A stretch of DNA of 64,000 bases, taken from the NCBI RefSeq assembly GCF_006345805.1, contig NC_043002.1, positions 48,856,001 to 48,920,000 of the forward strand, written 5' to 3'. The translations under genes were made by a program, and so were the position numbers. This DNA comes from Octopus sinensis (Eukaryota). The notes beneath the pieces were generated by a model. It was not told the origin of the DNA, searched no databases, and was given only the letters and a program-made list of their open reading frames with translations. Below, piece by piece: positions 12,501 to 24,614 of the stretch (position 1 is the stretch's first letter; each line of letters opens with the position of its first letter).

Positions 12501-12604
12501 TAATTGCTTCAATTAATAACAAAAAAATCAGATAATTTCTATAATAAAAGAAATAAGAATAATATTGATTTAATGAATATCTATTTGAATATTCCAGTAA
12601 TGAT

Positions 12605-13156
12605 ATGACGAAATCATCAAAAGATAGAAGGGAAGTAACCCATGTAGACTCCCTTTTTAACAATAAAGCTATAAATAATGTTATAATAGCTAATACAATA
12701 AACATTAGTAATATGGGTACTAATTATGGGATAAATGATAATAATAAAAGAAGTTATTGTAAATTTAAGGAAAAATCTTATTTTAATAATTTATATAAGC
12801 ATAATAATGTAATTTATAGATGTAGGGTTGAATCTGAAGGTAGATATTATTTTTATATTGGATCTACTGAGAATTTCATAAAGCATAGAATCACAAACCA
12901 CGAATTCACATTTAAGAATAAGAATAAATTAAATAGTACCAGTCTAAGCAAATTTATTTGGAAGCTAAAAGATAATAATAAGGATTATAAACTTAAGTGG
13001 AAAATTGCTAGTCATGCTAAACCCTATACTGGTAAAAGACGCTGTAACTTATGCATTGATAAAATTTACCAAATCTTGACTTCGAAGCTTAAACTTCCTA
13101 ATAGCCAACAAGAATCTGTTTTATCCTGTAAACATTCCTCTAAATATATATTTTGA
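12605..13156 (+). pseudogene. GIY-YIG endonuclease remnant of the Penelope-like element
   Basis: ORF track: NNVIYRCRVESEGRYYFYIGSTENFIKHRITNHEFTF...RRCNLCIDKI. Confidence 0.85.
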
Positions 13157-14094
13157 AAGTACAATTAAATTAGATAAAATATAATTTGGTATTGTTCAAT
13201 AAAATTAAATAATAAATAGAGTATATTATATTATATTATGTTAGATTGAATGTTATGATAGTACATGTCTTTTAATCTATAAACAAAATAAAGGTCTAAC
13301 AATAACAACACAATTTTTGATGATGTAAAACACAAATTCTTTATATTAAATACCCAACCTGATTATGTGATACACATTATACTACACCCTGGATTAATAC
13401 AAATTAAATTGATAAAATAATTTCAAATAATCATTAAGACTAAATTGTAAGTTCAAATTAATGATAATATCTATTGTTTTATATCCATGAATTTAATAAT
13501 CAATTAATAATTGATAATTAATAATATCTATTAATTAACAATCTTACTGGTAAGCATATTAGATATTAATGTATATCCAACTTTAATGGTTCCTTTATTT
13601 GAAATAATACATACAGATAATGTATTATCTTTATTTTAAAATACTAATGCACACAAGCATAAACAAATAAACTAATTCATCTATTCTTTCAAACATGCAT
13701 ACACACACACACACACAAATTAGTAAAATCTATAGACATATGCATCTATAATAGCTATATTGTTTTATTCAATTTTATTTGTATTTTGTTTTATTCAGTT
13801 TTATTCGTATTTTATTTTGTTTATTTTATTTTCTTATATAAATATATCTTCATTTATTCAGTCTGTTTTAAAATCTCAACCTAACAACATGCAATCCTTT
13901 TATGTCAATTAGCCCTGAAGAGATTTTAATCATATAATATTCTAAATGCAAATTTTATTTTATTTTATTAATAAATTTGTAATTAGAATTGAGTAAAATT
14001 GAGACAATTGTAAGCATTTTTAATCAACTATGTGTTAATAAATTAATTTATATCTATATACTCTCCATTTTCTTCATGTTTATTATATATATAG

Positions 14095-14256
14095 GTACAA
14101 CTATGGCTGTATGGTAAGAAGTTTTCTTCTAAACCACATAGTTCTGGGTTCAATCTCACTGCAGGGCACCTTGAACAAGTGTCTTCTACTATGGCCTCAG
14201 GTTGACCAAAGCCTTGTAAGTAGATTTAGTAGATGGAAACTGAAAAAAGTCCATCA

Positions 14257-14292
<36 letters not shown>

Positions 14293-14490
14293 TGTATATG
14301 TATTTATCGCCACTACAGCTGGTGTTGGCTTGTATGTGTACCTGTAACCTAGTGGTTCAGCAAAAGGATCAATATAATAAGTTCCAGGTTTTAAGAAATT
14401 AAGTACTATAGTCAATTCACTTGACTAAAAAACTTCAGGGCAGTGCCCCAGCATGGCCATTGTCCAATGACTAAAACAAGTAAAAGATAT
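14095..14490 (+). mobile_element. SINE family 2 copy
   Basis: tRNA-like head, body and tail as in the other copies. Confidence 0.8.
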
Positions 14491-14504
14491 AAGATGTTTG
14501 GGTG

Positions 14505-14671
<167 letters not shown>

Positions 14672-15333
14672 GAATGGGTATAGATAGTATAGCTGGGAAG
14701 TCATTTACACAGTTTCTCACCAGACTGAATCATGGTTTCTACAACACAATAAACTGGGCTGTAGCATCAAAATGCCTATGCATACTGGATATTAAGGGAG
14801 AAAAAAGGAGCAATATTACATAAAGTAAGTTGAGGAAGTGGTGGCAGTGGTAAATAACAATATCAGAGAAATGAATTTAGAAACTAGGCTTGAGGCCAAA
14901 TGTGTTTAGAGAAGAATGAGGCTGAGCACAAAACACTTCCAAATTGGTTTAGAAGTGGCATTGGAGATGGTTGTGTGAGTGGCAGAGGATGAGAGGAATA
15001 GACAGTTCATTTAGAATAACAAGATTGTTCATGAGAATAAATTACGACGAAACTGAAATAAAAATAGATGTGTACCTGTAATGCTTACAATGGTTCCCCC
15101 ATCTGTGATCATAAGAATTATAGCAGTGTGTAGTATAAGGGTATTATATTATTATTTAATAAATCTGTGTTATATCTAATAATATAGACAGGATAGCTTC
15201 TATCAAAATGTAATATCCTGCTATAAATAAATAAAAAATGTTGTTCAGTACTAAGCTGATATATATTTTTATAAAGAATATTATATAGTTTTATTGCATA
15301 TTTTTGTTTAATCTTATGGTATGTGTGTGTGTG

Positions 15334-15398
<65 letters not shown>

Positions 15399-15410
15399 CC
15401 TATCTGTCTA

Positions 15411-15444
<34 letters not shown>

Positions 15445-15849
15445 AATCTATCTACCTGCCTATCTGTCTGTCTGTCTGTCTATTTGTCTGGTTGTCTGTC
15501 TATGTGTGTGCATGTGTGTATTTTGATCTACAAACAAGAGAAAAATGTATTTAGTACATGTGGTAGAATTTACTAATTTATTCAAAGCTATCCTGTATTG
15601 CTACATGCACTTCCTGTTCTTGTTGTACATACACAACCCTCTCACTACATGTATATGTGTACACACACTTACACTCACAAACACATAAACATGCACATGC
15701 ACACACACATAAACACACACACGTATACACATATACAAACTCTGAACAAAAGTGATTAAACAAGTGATTAAACAATATCAGTAAACTATGATGTGGTATG
15801 TACAAAGTAATATAAAGAATGAACCATTTTTCTATACTTTAAAAAAGCT

Positions 15850-16265
15850 GTGTTCCCAGGTGAATGTATCTCTAACTTCTGTGCATTCATCTATCTTCAC
15901 TTTTCACCATCCACAATTCCTGAAAGAGTCATTGGGGTAGAATCCTCAGGCACCTCTGCAAAGGGTCCTGTCAGGAGCAACTATGAAGCTTTCTTTCTAG
16001 ATTGCTAAACATAACCAATTGAGACTATTGATATTGTCCAACCACCTCACTCTTGGTCTGTCCCTAGGTCTCCTACTGGTTGGCTTTGTTTGAAGAGAAT
16101 CTATCATGTGATTCATTTCTATGTTTTCTAACCATATGTCCATTGGACTGAAGCTGCAATCCCTCAATGCAAAGAAGTAGCAGCTCAATCTGGGGAGATT
16201 CCTTGATTTCTGAGCTTTGCACTCTGTTGAGTAATGTTCTTCCAGTGACCTTGTCACAAAAATTC
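15850..16265 (-). mobile_element. RTE-clade LINE 3' fragment
   Basis: Translates ...KPTSRRPRDRPRVRWLDNI... (RPRGRP-RW motif), preceded by a degraded QLRWxGHV. Confidence 0.7.
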
Positions 16266-17280
16266 ATCAAGAAGGAGAATTACATTTGTGAATCAAGTTT
16301 GGTGGGTATGAAATGACTCCAGTACATGACTAGTAATAATTCATTTTATTGACCCTGTAAAGATGAAAAGCAAAGTGAACCACAATAGGATAAGTGGTCT
16401 GAACATAAAGGGACATGGTTCAAAGCATGTCTTTTGCAAAAAACTACATGCTTCAAAGCATTTTGTTACTTGCTTCAGTCACTGGACAATAGCCATGCTG
16501 GGGAACTGCCTTGAAGGGTTTAGTTGAATAAATTGATGTCAGTACTAATTTTTTAATGTTTGATACTTATTCTTTGAGTCTCTTTTGCTGAACTACAAAG
16601 TTACGGGGACATAAACAAAAAGACAAAAGAATATCACACACACACACATATATATATAGGGAGAGTTCACGAAAAAAACAAAAGACGAAGACAGGTGGTG
16701 TACAAAACAAACAGATGTATTAGTATAACGGTCAGGAATTGAAAAAGGTCTTTACACGTTGAGTTTCCACACAGTTTCCATCTACCAAGTTCGCTCACTA
16801 GGCATTGGTTGGCCTGGGGGTATTGTATAAGACACTTGCCCTAGGTGGGACAGTGTCTGCACAGTGGGACAGAACCCAAAACCACATGACTGCAAAGCAA
16901 GCTGCTTAACTACACAGATATGCCTATGCCTTTGACGGTTTATAAATTTTCAATCAGACTTCAAACAGATACACACATTTACACACACCCTCTTATATGC
17001 ACAGAATATCTTTTAGATAATAGAAAATATTTTTAAAATTATTTATTTTCAGAAAAATATCATAAGCAGCCTCAAAAAGATATTCAAATAATTTTTTTTA
17101 TAGATCAACAAAACGTGATTGATTTCAAACCATTGTGTTTTGTCTGATGTTCTTGTATACATAAAAATAAATTCATAATCATAAACAATTCTCTGGGTTT
17201 TATTCCATTATATAGCACAATGGGTAAATATCTTCTACTTTATCCCTGAACTATCTAATTGACCAACACCATTATATATA

Positions 17281-17600
17281 AACTGGCACTCCATCAGTTA
17301 TAATGACAAGGGTTCCAGTTAATCCAATCAATGGAACAGCCTGCTCATGAAATTAATGTGCAAGTAGCTGAGCATTCTACAAACATGTGTGCCCTTAACG
17401 TAATTCTCAGTGAGATCCAGCATGACACTGAGTGTGACAAGGCTGGCCCTTTCCAATACAGGTATTACTCATTTTTACCAGCTGAGTGAACTGGAGCAAC
17501 ATGGAATAAAGTACCTTGTTCAAGGACACAACGTGGCACCAGGAATTGAACTCATGACCTTATGATCATGAGCCAAATACTGTAACCACTCAGCCATGCA
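17281..17600 (-). mobile_element. tRNA-derived SINE (fourth type); other copies at ~41685-41990 and ~26530-26700
   Basis: Shared body gggttccagtt.atc..atcaatggaacagcctgct...gctgagt.gactggagcaa and a tRNA-like head on the minus strand. Confidence 0.75.
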
Positions 17601-17934
17601 CAACAAGAATAGTATTGACTGTGACTTTGAAGTTTTGGCAAGTGGAGCCCTCACTGGACTGTGATGCATTTAAGTTAAACTTGGCTTTATTCTCTATTGG
17701 GATAATACTTTTTGGGAGGGATATATGAGATTCAGTTGAATGGTAATTAGGTAGTAGAGTAGGTTGTCATAGAGAGATGGCGTGGACAAATTTCTATTAA
17801 ATTTGAGGTTATGTTATTGTTCAGAATTTATTTATGCATGTATGCTCTACTAATAACCTCCACCTTCCAAATACAAACAGGGAATGCCCAAAATAGCATT
17901 GACAACAAGAAATTAAAACATACTTCTTACTTAC

Positions 17935-20900
17935 ATTCTTTTATGAACCCTTAGATATTCCATTACAAAAAGGCTGACACACTCAATTACTAAGTTAAAT
18001 GCTGAACTAAACTTTGACCTTTATGTTGTCAAAGCAAAAGGTTAAATCCAGTAAGATCAAAATTAACTAAAAGTAGTGATATATCCATTGACCAAAAAAT
18101 TTCCCTTGATTTACATACATCCATTCTTGTGAACCACTATAAAACAATCTCATGACCTGCAGCTGATAAACTTAAATATACACACCTAATTACAAAGTTC
18201 TATATGCATCGATAACTTCTGAAAAAATAACATGACCCCAATTTTAATCAATTAAAATTTCTCCACAACACCTCTCCATCACAACCTATCCTACAACCTA
18301 ATTATCATTCAATTGAACCCCATATATCCGAAAAAAATTTTCCTCAACAGATAATGTATAAAGCCAAAGTTACCTTAAATACATCACAGTCCAATGACGG
18401 TTAGCTGGCTGAAACTTCGAAGTTACTATCAATATTCTTGTTGAAGAATAATAAATTTGTACTCTACAAAAGTATGGAGTAAACTTTCAGATTAATGTAA
18501 AATTGTTTTTATTATAACTTAAAATAAAAAAAACATCAACACACACACACACACACAATGTATACAAACACAAACACACACATATTCATACACATTTCAT
18601 AAGATCAGTTCAAATATGTTTGAGAGCTATTTGAACCCGTAAAATCTTTTCGGCACAGTTTGTTATGGAGAAAAAGTTTTTCACTTAAGACAAAAAGATA
18701 TCAATAGGCCATAGTCACCTCAGAACACTCCCTATTGGATTGGACTGATAAATTCATATCAAACTCATTAAACCTGTTTGCTAAATACCAAGAAAGGCAA
18801 CTTTGAGCTAACTAGAAAGCTTTGTTTCCTTTACCGTGAATCAGTCAATATTCTTTTCTACTCTAGGCATAAGGCCCGAAATTTTTGGGAAGGGGCCAGT
18901 CAATTAGATCGACCCCAGTATGCAACTGGTACTTAATTTATCGACCCTGAAAGGATGAAAGGCAAAGTCGACCTTGGCAGAATTTGAACTCAGAACACAA
19001 AGACAGACGAAATACTGCTAAGCATTTCGCCCGGTGTGTTAGCATTTCTGCCAGCCCACTGCCTTGTGAATCAGTCAAAATTAATGACTAATAATGCATT
19101 TTGTTTGCCAGGCAAGAGCATATTTGTGAGTTGGTGCACAAAGCCGTGATGGAAAGAATAAAAACTTAAGACCAGTTCAAATATTTCCAAGAGATATTTG
19201 AACCTGGGAACAAACTTCTATAATCCCTAATAGTAGGGTCTATAAAATCTATGCCTTAAGTCAAGCACAGCTAAAATGATAACTGAATAATGATATCATA
19301 TATCTGCATGTCATGTGCTGAACCAATGAATTGTTCCTTCAGTATTTAAATTGATAACATGTATATCATTGATCTATTCATTTGGTCAAGCAGACATAAG
19401 TAAAACAATTCGACAACAACATTAATGATCCTGACTGAGTAAATAGTCTTTGCTATTTACCTCAGACTTAAGCTGAAATTGGAACAAAGTTGTATTGTTT
19501 GCTTCTTGCATAAAAAATCTTCCTAACACAGTTTGTGTGTAAAGATCATTAATTATGCTTCTTAAACCTTTGGAAAGGTTCATAAAATTTCAAGTGAACA
19601 TTCATAAGCCTGATTATATTCCATTCCTTCCTATTCCCCTCTCATTTAAATCACAGAGTCGTTTTATAACATGGAACAAGTCAGACGGTTACAAGAAAAT
19701 AAGAATCTTCTTTTCTCATTAATCATGTAATATGTCAAGAGTTTGAAATAAGGATTATCATATTGTTGTGGTAATGTCCCCCACAGGATGTAATTTAGAG
19801 ATTAAGAGGGGATAGTTCTAATCCTTATCACTGCAGTATCATAATCTTCAAATAGAGTCATTCTTTCAGCGGCCAGGCTTTGACATTATTTTAGTTTGTT
19901 TGACTGGATAATTTAGACTTGTTTTCTCTTGCAAATGTTGAGCAGCAGGAAATAAAATGTAAATGAGTTTGTCAATACCCAATTGAAAATAAAATATAAT
20001 GGACATTAAGATTTGCTTAAAACATTTGAAATGCTTGAAATCAATAATTATTTGAAGCAAATAGTTATTGAAAACTAAATTGGATGGTAGATTTAATCTA
20101 TTGCCTGGTTTAACATTCCCACCTGGACCTTGGTTGAGTTCATCAGGGCTCACTTTGTGCCAAGTATTCAGGCCAAGCCTCCAGTCTGATGATAACTTTC
20201 TCTTTTCTATCCACTGGCACCAAGGCCATGAAAAGGGTCAATGGTGCTGCCCTTCCTAATTTGACCAATCCATAAAAAAAACGAATACAATAGTTTATTT
20301 ATTCATTCATTCATTATTATTTTTTTTTTTTTACTTTGCCATGGTTTTACTTCTATAGATTGCATCTACAAATTAAAACATGAGCAAAATATTTAACCCT
20401 TTTGATACAATAATTTTTAAATGAGGATAGAGATATAGAAATCAGATAATAATGATCATTTCAAAGTAGTACCAATAGTGCCCAATTCGGAATAATACTA
20501 TCGATACTCGAAGTTATGTGTACTTATTAGAATAGAAATGAGATTATACAATCGTGAAGATTTAAGAAAATCCAATAGTATACTTTTTTTTTACTGTTCT
20601 CTATTGTCCAAAAGACATATTTACGGGAACAAAATTTGCTTAGAGGTTGCCAACAGAGGTCCAGAAAGTTTGCAAAAGATTTTCAAGGTTTTGGTGGTGC
20701 ACTTGCGCCTCTTGTCCCCCACCCCACCCCGTTTCCGGGCCTTTGCTAAAAGACGGAGGAATATTTCAGAACTCAAAATAGATGATAGCAAATGATATGA
20801 TCATTTATACATCTTAATGAAATGCCAACTAGAATCATGATAAGCGAATTCGTTTTAAACCGCATGAATTTATGTGTCAGGAAAAATTAATGAAGAGTTT

Positions 20901-21327
20901 GATTAACTTCACTTGTGAAACCTGTTTGGGGTATCTTCTTCCTTTCACTGGAGGAAAGTGTTCCAACAATGACCAGCTCATCACTAACTGTCATGAAACT
21001 AATATTTTGGGCGCTTTCTCTTCATCAGAGTGAGTGGATGTAAGAAAGAGAGAGAGGGAGAGATGTTTCAGCAATGACTATCTCTTCGCTCACTCAAATA
21101 TTGCAGCAAGTACATTATCCTTTCTATTTTAAGACATAGGTAATAATTCGAGAGAAATTTGATTGCTGATTGAACAACCAAGTAGATATTCCATCGCCAA
21201 CTTGCCCGCCGATGGCTTATAGAATTTAGAGCCCAGTCCATATAAAACCATCGAACAAAATTCAGATAATATATTGACAAGAACTATGAAGTCAAGAATA
21301 TTAACTGATAAAAATTACCTCGTCCAT
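17935..21327 (-). CDS. Putative spliced gene A, 5' coding exons 21327-21319, 20213-20154, 19522-19461, 18136-18119, 18018-17935; product unrecognised
   Basis: All exons have AG/GT ends (donors GTAATT, GTGAGC, GTAAAT, GTATGT, GTAAGT) and are phase-compatible without stops: MDE|WIEKRKLSSDWRLGLNTWHK|EDFLCKKQTIQLCSNFSLSLS|GSQEWM|SKFSSAFNLVIECVSLFVMEYLRVHKR. Weaker possible continuations: 14758-14721, 9280-9200, ~5960 and 1598-1314. Confidence 0.5.
18850..19065 (-). mobile_element. SINE family 1 copy
   Basis: Same core as the other family-1 copies. Confidence 0.85.
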
Positions 21328-21729
21328 TTCGCTAGTGCAGAAATGTAGACTTAACATCAAAAGATTAGAACCTACAACATTTTCCAGTGCATCATTCAGT
21401 CAGACAGTGTTCTTCTTGCATCAGTATTATCTGGGATTGAATGTATTCACGAACAAATTATATCCAAAAGAAAGAAACCAGTTCACAGAGGTCTTTCACT
21501 AATCGGAAATATTTTTCATCTATTTATGCTACTGTACACATAGACACGCACCTGTATATATGTATGTACCTCCCCTCTCTCTCTAGCTACACACATACAC
21601 ATACACGAACATACCCTTATTATTTATAATTTTAACTTTTATGAAACCAGTGTATGATTACTACGGTAATCTTATAAACTGACAAGGCGAGTTGTGTTTA
21701 ACTCTAGGCAAATTTATCTCATTAAGATA

Positions 21730-23465
21730 CCGTATTTGCCGGTGTATTAACCGCACTTTTTCCGACGGGAACATCCAGGAAAAGTGGATGGTGGGGTTGC
21801 CTTTTATACACGGGTACAAGGAAAAGCCGGTCTGAAATGCGAACTTTATTTCATGTAATTAGCCAAGATTCACGTGGTACTAGCTCCCCTTACAATTATT
21901 GCCGGTAAAACTAGTATAAAAAAACAAAAACAAAAAAACTTTAAATATTCTTATTTCAGTAATCCCCAAGACTATGACATAAACAATTATTGTTCGGTGA
22001 CCCGGATGTAAGACTTATCTCGCCGCATAGGGAAACAAGAGAGAGGGAGAGCTGTGATTTATTCTTGAACGTGATTGATGAAATGAATTTACTAGGTAAT
22101 AAGAAAATTAAAATGGAATATGAAAAATGATTTCACACAAGGGGAAATAAGTGCTTTTATTCAGAATCATTTTGAACTGGGGAAGGTAAGTTTCATCGCC
22201 ATCACAAATGCTACGAAGGAATACAAATCAAGTCAACTGGAAATTCATTACCGTCCTTAAAGTACTGGTAACTACACTGGGTTTTTTTGTAATATATCTA
22301 CGTAAATACATAAAGAAAATGGTAATGATCAAAGGAAGCTTTCAAGCTACATCCTATTGTTTGGACCGTAATTAGCTTCATTGATTCGTCTACTCCGCTC
22401 TTCAAGTTCCACGCGACTCATCTACTTCGCTCTTCAAGTTCAACGGCGGTCAAGTCATCATGCCGAGACGAGTATTCGCAACCGCCTTCAAGCTCTCAGT
22501 TTCCAGGTTTGCTGAGGAGTTTGGAAACCTTGCAGCTGGCCGTCACTTTGGGTGACAAACTTCGGTTATTGTAGGGGCGGCGCATCAGTGGACTGCATCA
22601 GAGAAGGAGTCACATGGCTCTGAACGTATTCAGATGCCACAAGTCAGAAGAAACCAAGGCGAAGATACGTCGTCTGAATATCGACGTGGCAATGATCCCC
22701 AGGAAATGACATCCTTTCTGCAACCCTTTGATGTTGCAATAAACAAACCGTTTAAGGACCGTCTCAAGCTCAGCTAGGAGGATTGGATGGTGAATGCACC
22801 AAAGGCGACAGCAAAGACCGAACGCAAAAAGAAAGTCGACTCGGGGACGATCTGCGAGTGGGTCCTGAAGGTCTGGGAGGAGATTTCAGAAGACAGCATC
22901 AAGCGGACTTTCCTGAAGTGCTGCATATCCAACGCGCTCGACGGCACAGAAGATGACATCTTGTGGGAAGACGACGCCATCTCTCCCGACTCTTCTGTCT
23001 CTAGCAATGATGAGGATGAACTGGCATATGCAGACGATCAACTCTACGAGGTCTTCAACGAGGTCTTCTGACGACGAAGAGTTCTTAGGCTGTGAGTGAA
23101 GACTCTATCCATTAGTGTCGCTCCTTTTTAGGACCATACATTTTCAAGAAAGAATATAAAGATCACAATATGAATAAATCATACAAACACGCATAATAAA
23201 AAGACGCTCTCTTATTATCTCTTGCATTTAAAAGCTGGATTTTATCTTCTTCCATTAATAACTATGAGTATCAATGACAGCAGTCAGAAATGTTTGTTAA
23301 GTATGAAATCATCATGAACTTGAAGTTTGTATTCATCCTGCATTTCACCCTTTTCATTAGCCCCAGTTATTTTCCGGTTTCCCCAACGTTTTCCCCCGTC
23401 GAGGACCGAAAATCGGGGGAAGGGTGGTTTATACACTGGTGCGGCTTATACCCCGACAAATACGG
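21730..23465 (+). mobile_element. Pogo/Tigger-type DNA transposon, internally deleted
   Basis: TIRs ccgtatttgccggtgtattaaccgcac (after TA) and gtgcggcttataccccgacaaatacgg. Transposase remnants: MPRRVFATAFKLSV..FAEEFGNLAAGRHF (Brinker-like DBD, ~22461), MTSFLQPFDVAINKPFKDRL (DDE_1) and FLKCCISNALDGTEDDILW (ORF 22787-23071). Confidence 0.88.
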
Positions 23466-23716
23466 CAAGTGCTTCTCGTGGTTATGAGTTGTTTTGACAC
23501 TTACTTTTAGCAATACCGGTGCTGATTAGTCCCCTTAGTCACTTTTGTGACGTATATATTTCTGCCTTTTGGTTGTAAAATTACAAATAAGCCACCCTTC
23601 TATGTATATATATATATAACGGGAAGCTTTATGAAAATAAACAAAAGACGAAGGCAGGTGGAAAACAAACGAACAATTGTATTAGTATGGCGCTCAGGAA
23701 ATATAAATAAAACAAG

Positions 23717-23754
23717 TCTTTAACGTTTCGAGCCTACGCTCTTCAACAGAAAGA
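23717..23754 (-). ncRNA. Minimal type-I hammerhead-like motif with CUGUUGA core variant
   Basis: UCUUU-CUGUUGA-A-GAGC-GUAG-GCUC-GAA-ACGU-U-AAAGA: 5-bp stem I, 4-bp stem II, loopless palindromic stem III. Confidence 0.7.
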
Positions 23755-24614
23755 TACACAGAGAGAGAAAAACACAGAAAGAAGGAGAGAAAAAAAATGC
23801 GTGCAGTAGCTAACGAATCAACATGGCGATCTGATTTCGGCCAGAGGTCAAAGATCAAACATGAGACGCGAGAGCGAAATAAGGGGAGATATTAGGGTTG
23901 ATAAAAGGGTTGAGGGACCAGCTAATAGTGCGTGGAGGGGTCTGGATGTGTGTATGTATAGGGTTGGTGTATGTATTAGTATGTATAAGGGTGTGTGTGT
24001 GTGTGTGTGTGTGTGTATGAGAGAGTATTAGTGCGTAGGATTGGTCTGGACGTGCGTATGTATGGGGTTGGTGTATGTATTAGTATGTATTAGTACGTAT
24101 TGGTATGTATAGGTGTGTGTGTGTGTGTGTATGAGAGAGTATAAGTGCGTAATGCGGGTCTGGACGTGTGTATGTATAGGGTTGGTGTAAGTATTAGTAT
24201 GTACTAGTATGTATTAGTACGTATTAGTATGTATTAGTTGGTGTGAGTATTAGTATGGCACATCATATGTGATGTGTAAAGTCATGTGGTGTAGTGAGGA
24301 GAAGAGGGGGAGGGGGAGAAGAGGGGTGGAGAGAAGGGGAGGGGAAGAAGAGGGGGAGGAGAAGGGGGAAGAGGAGAGGATGGGGGAGAAGGAAGGGGAG
24401 GAGGGGGATGAAGGAGGAAAGAGGGAGAGGGGGAGAGAGAAGGGGAGAGAGGGAGTGAGGGAGCAGAGGAAGGGGAAGAGGGAGGGAGAAAGAGGGAAGA
24501 AGGGAGGGGAGTAGGGGTGAAAGGATGAAGGACTGAAGAAGTAGGGGTCGGGGGGAGAAAGGATAGGTGAGGAGGGGGGAGAGGGGGGTTAGATGAGGAG
24601 GGGGGAGAGGGGGG

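Larger units (their letters stand above)
11315..14085 (+). mobile_element. 5'-truncated Penelope-like element (Nematis-like GIY-YIG) with inverted 5' pseudo-LTR copies and 3' pseudo-LTR
   Basis: RT-thumb remnants at ~11860-12130 (VNFLAVNFNLITGTHKPYHKPN; RRISYLASNEESFN). GIY-YIG ORF 12605-13156 (VIYRC..YIGSTE..RITNH..SLSKFIWKLK..RCNLC..CKH). 11315-11640 is inverted relative to 13790-14085. Confidence 0.85.
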
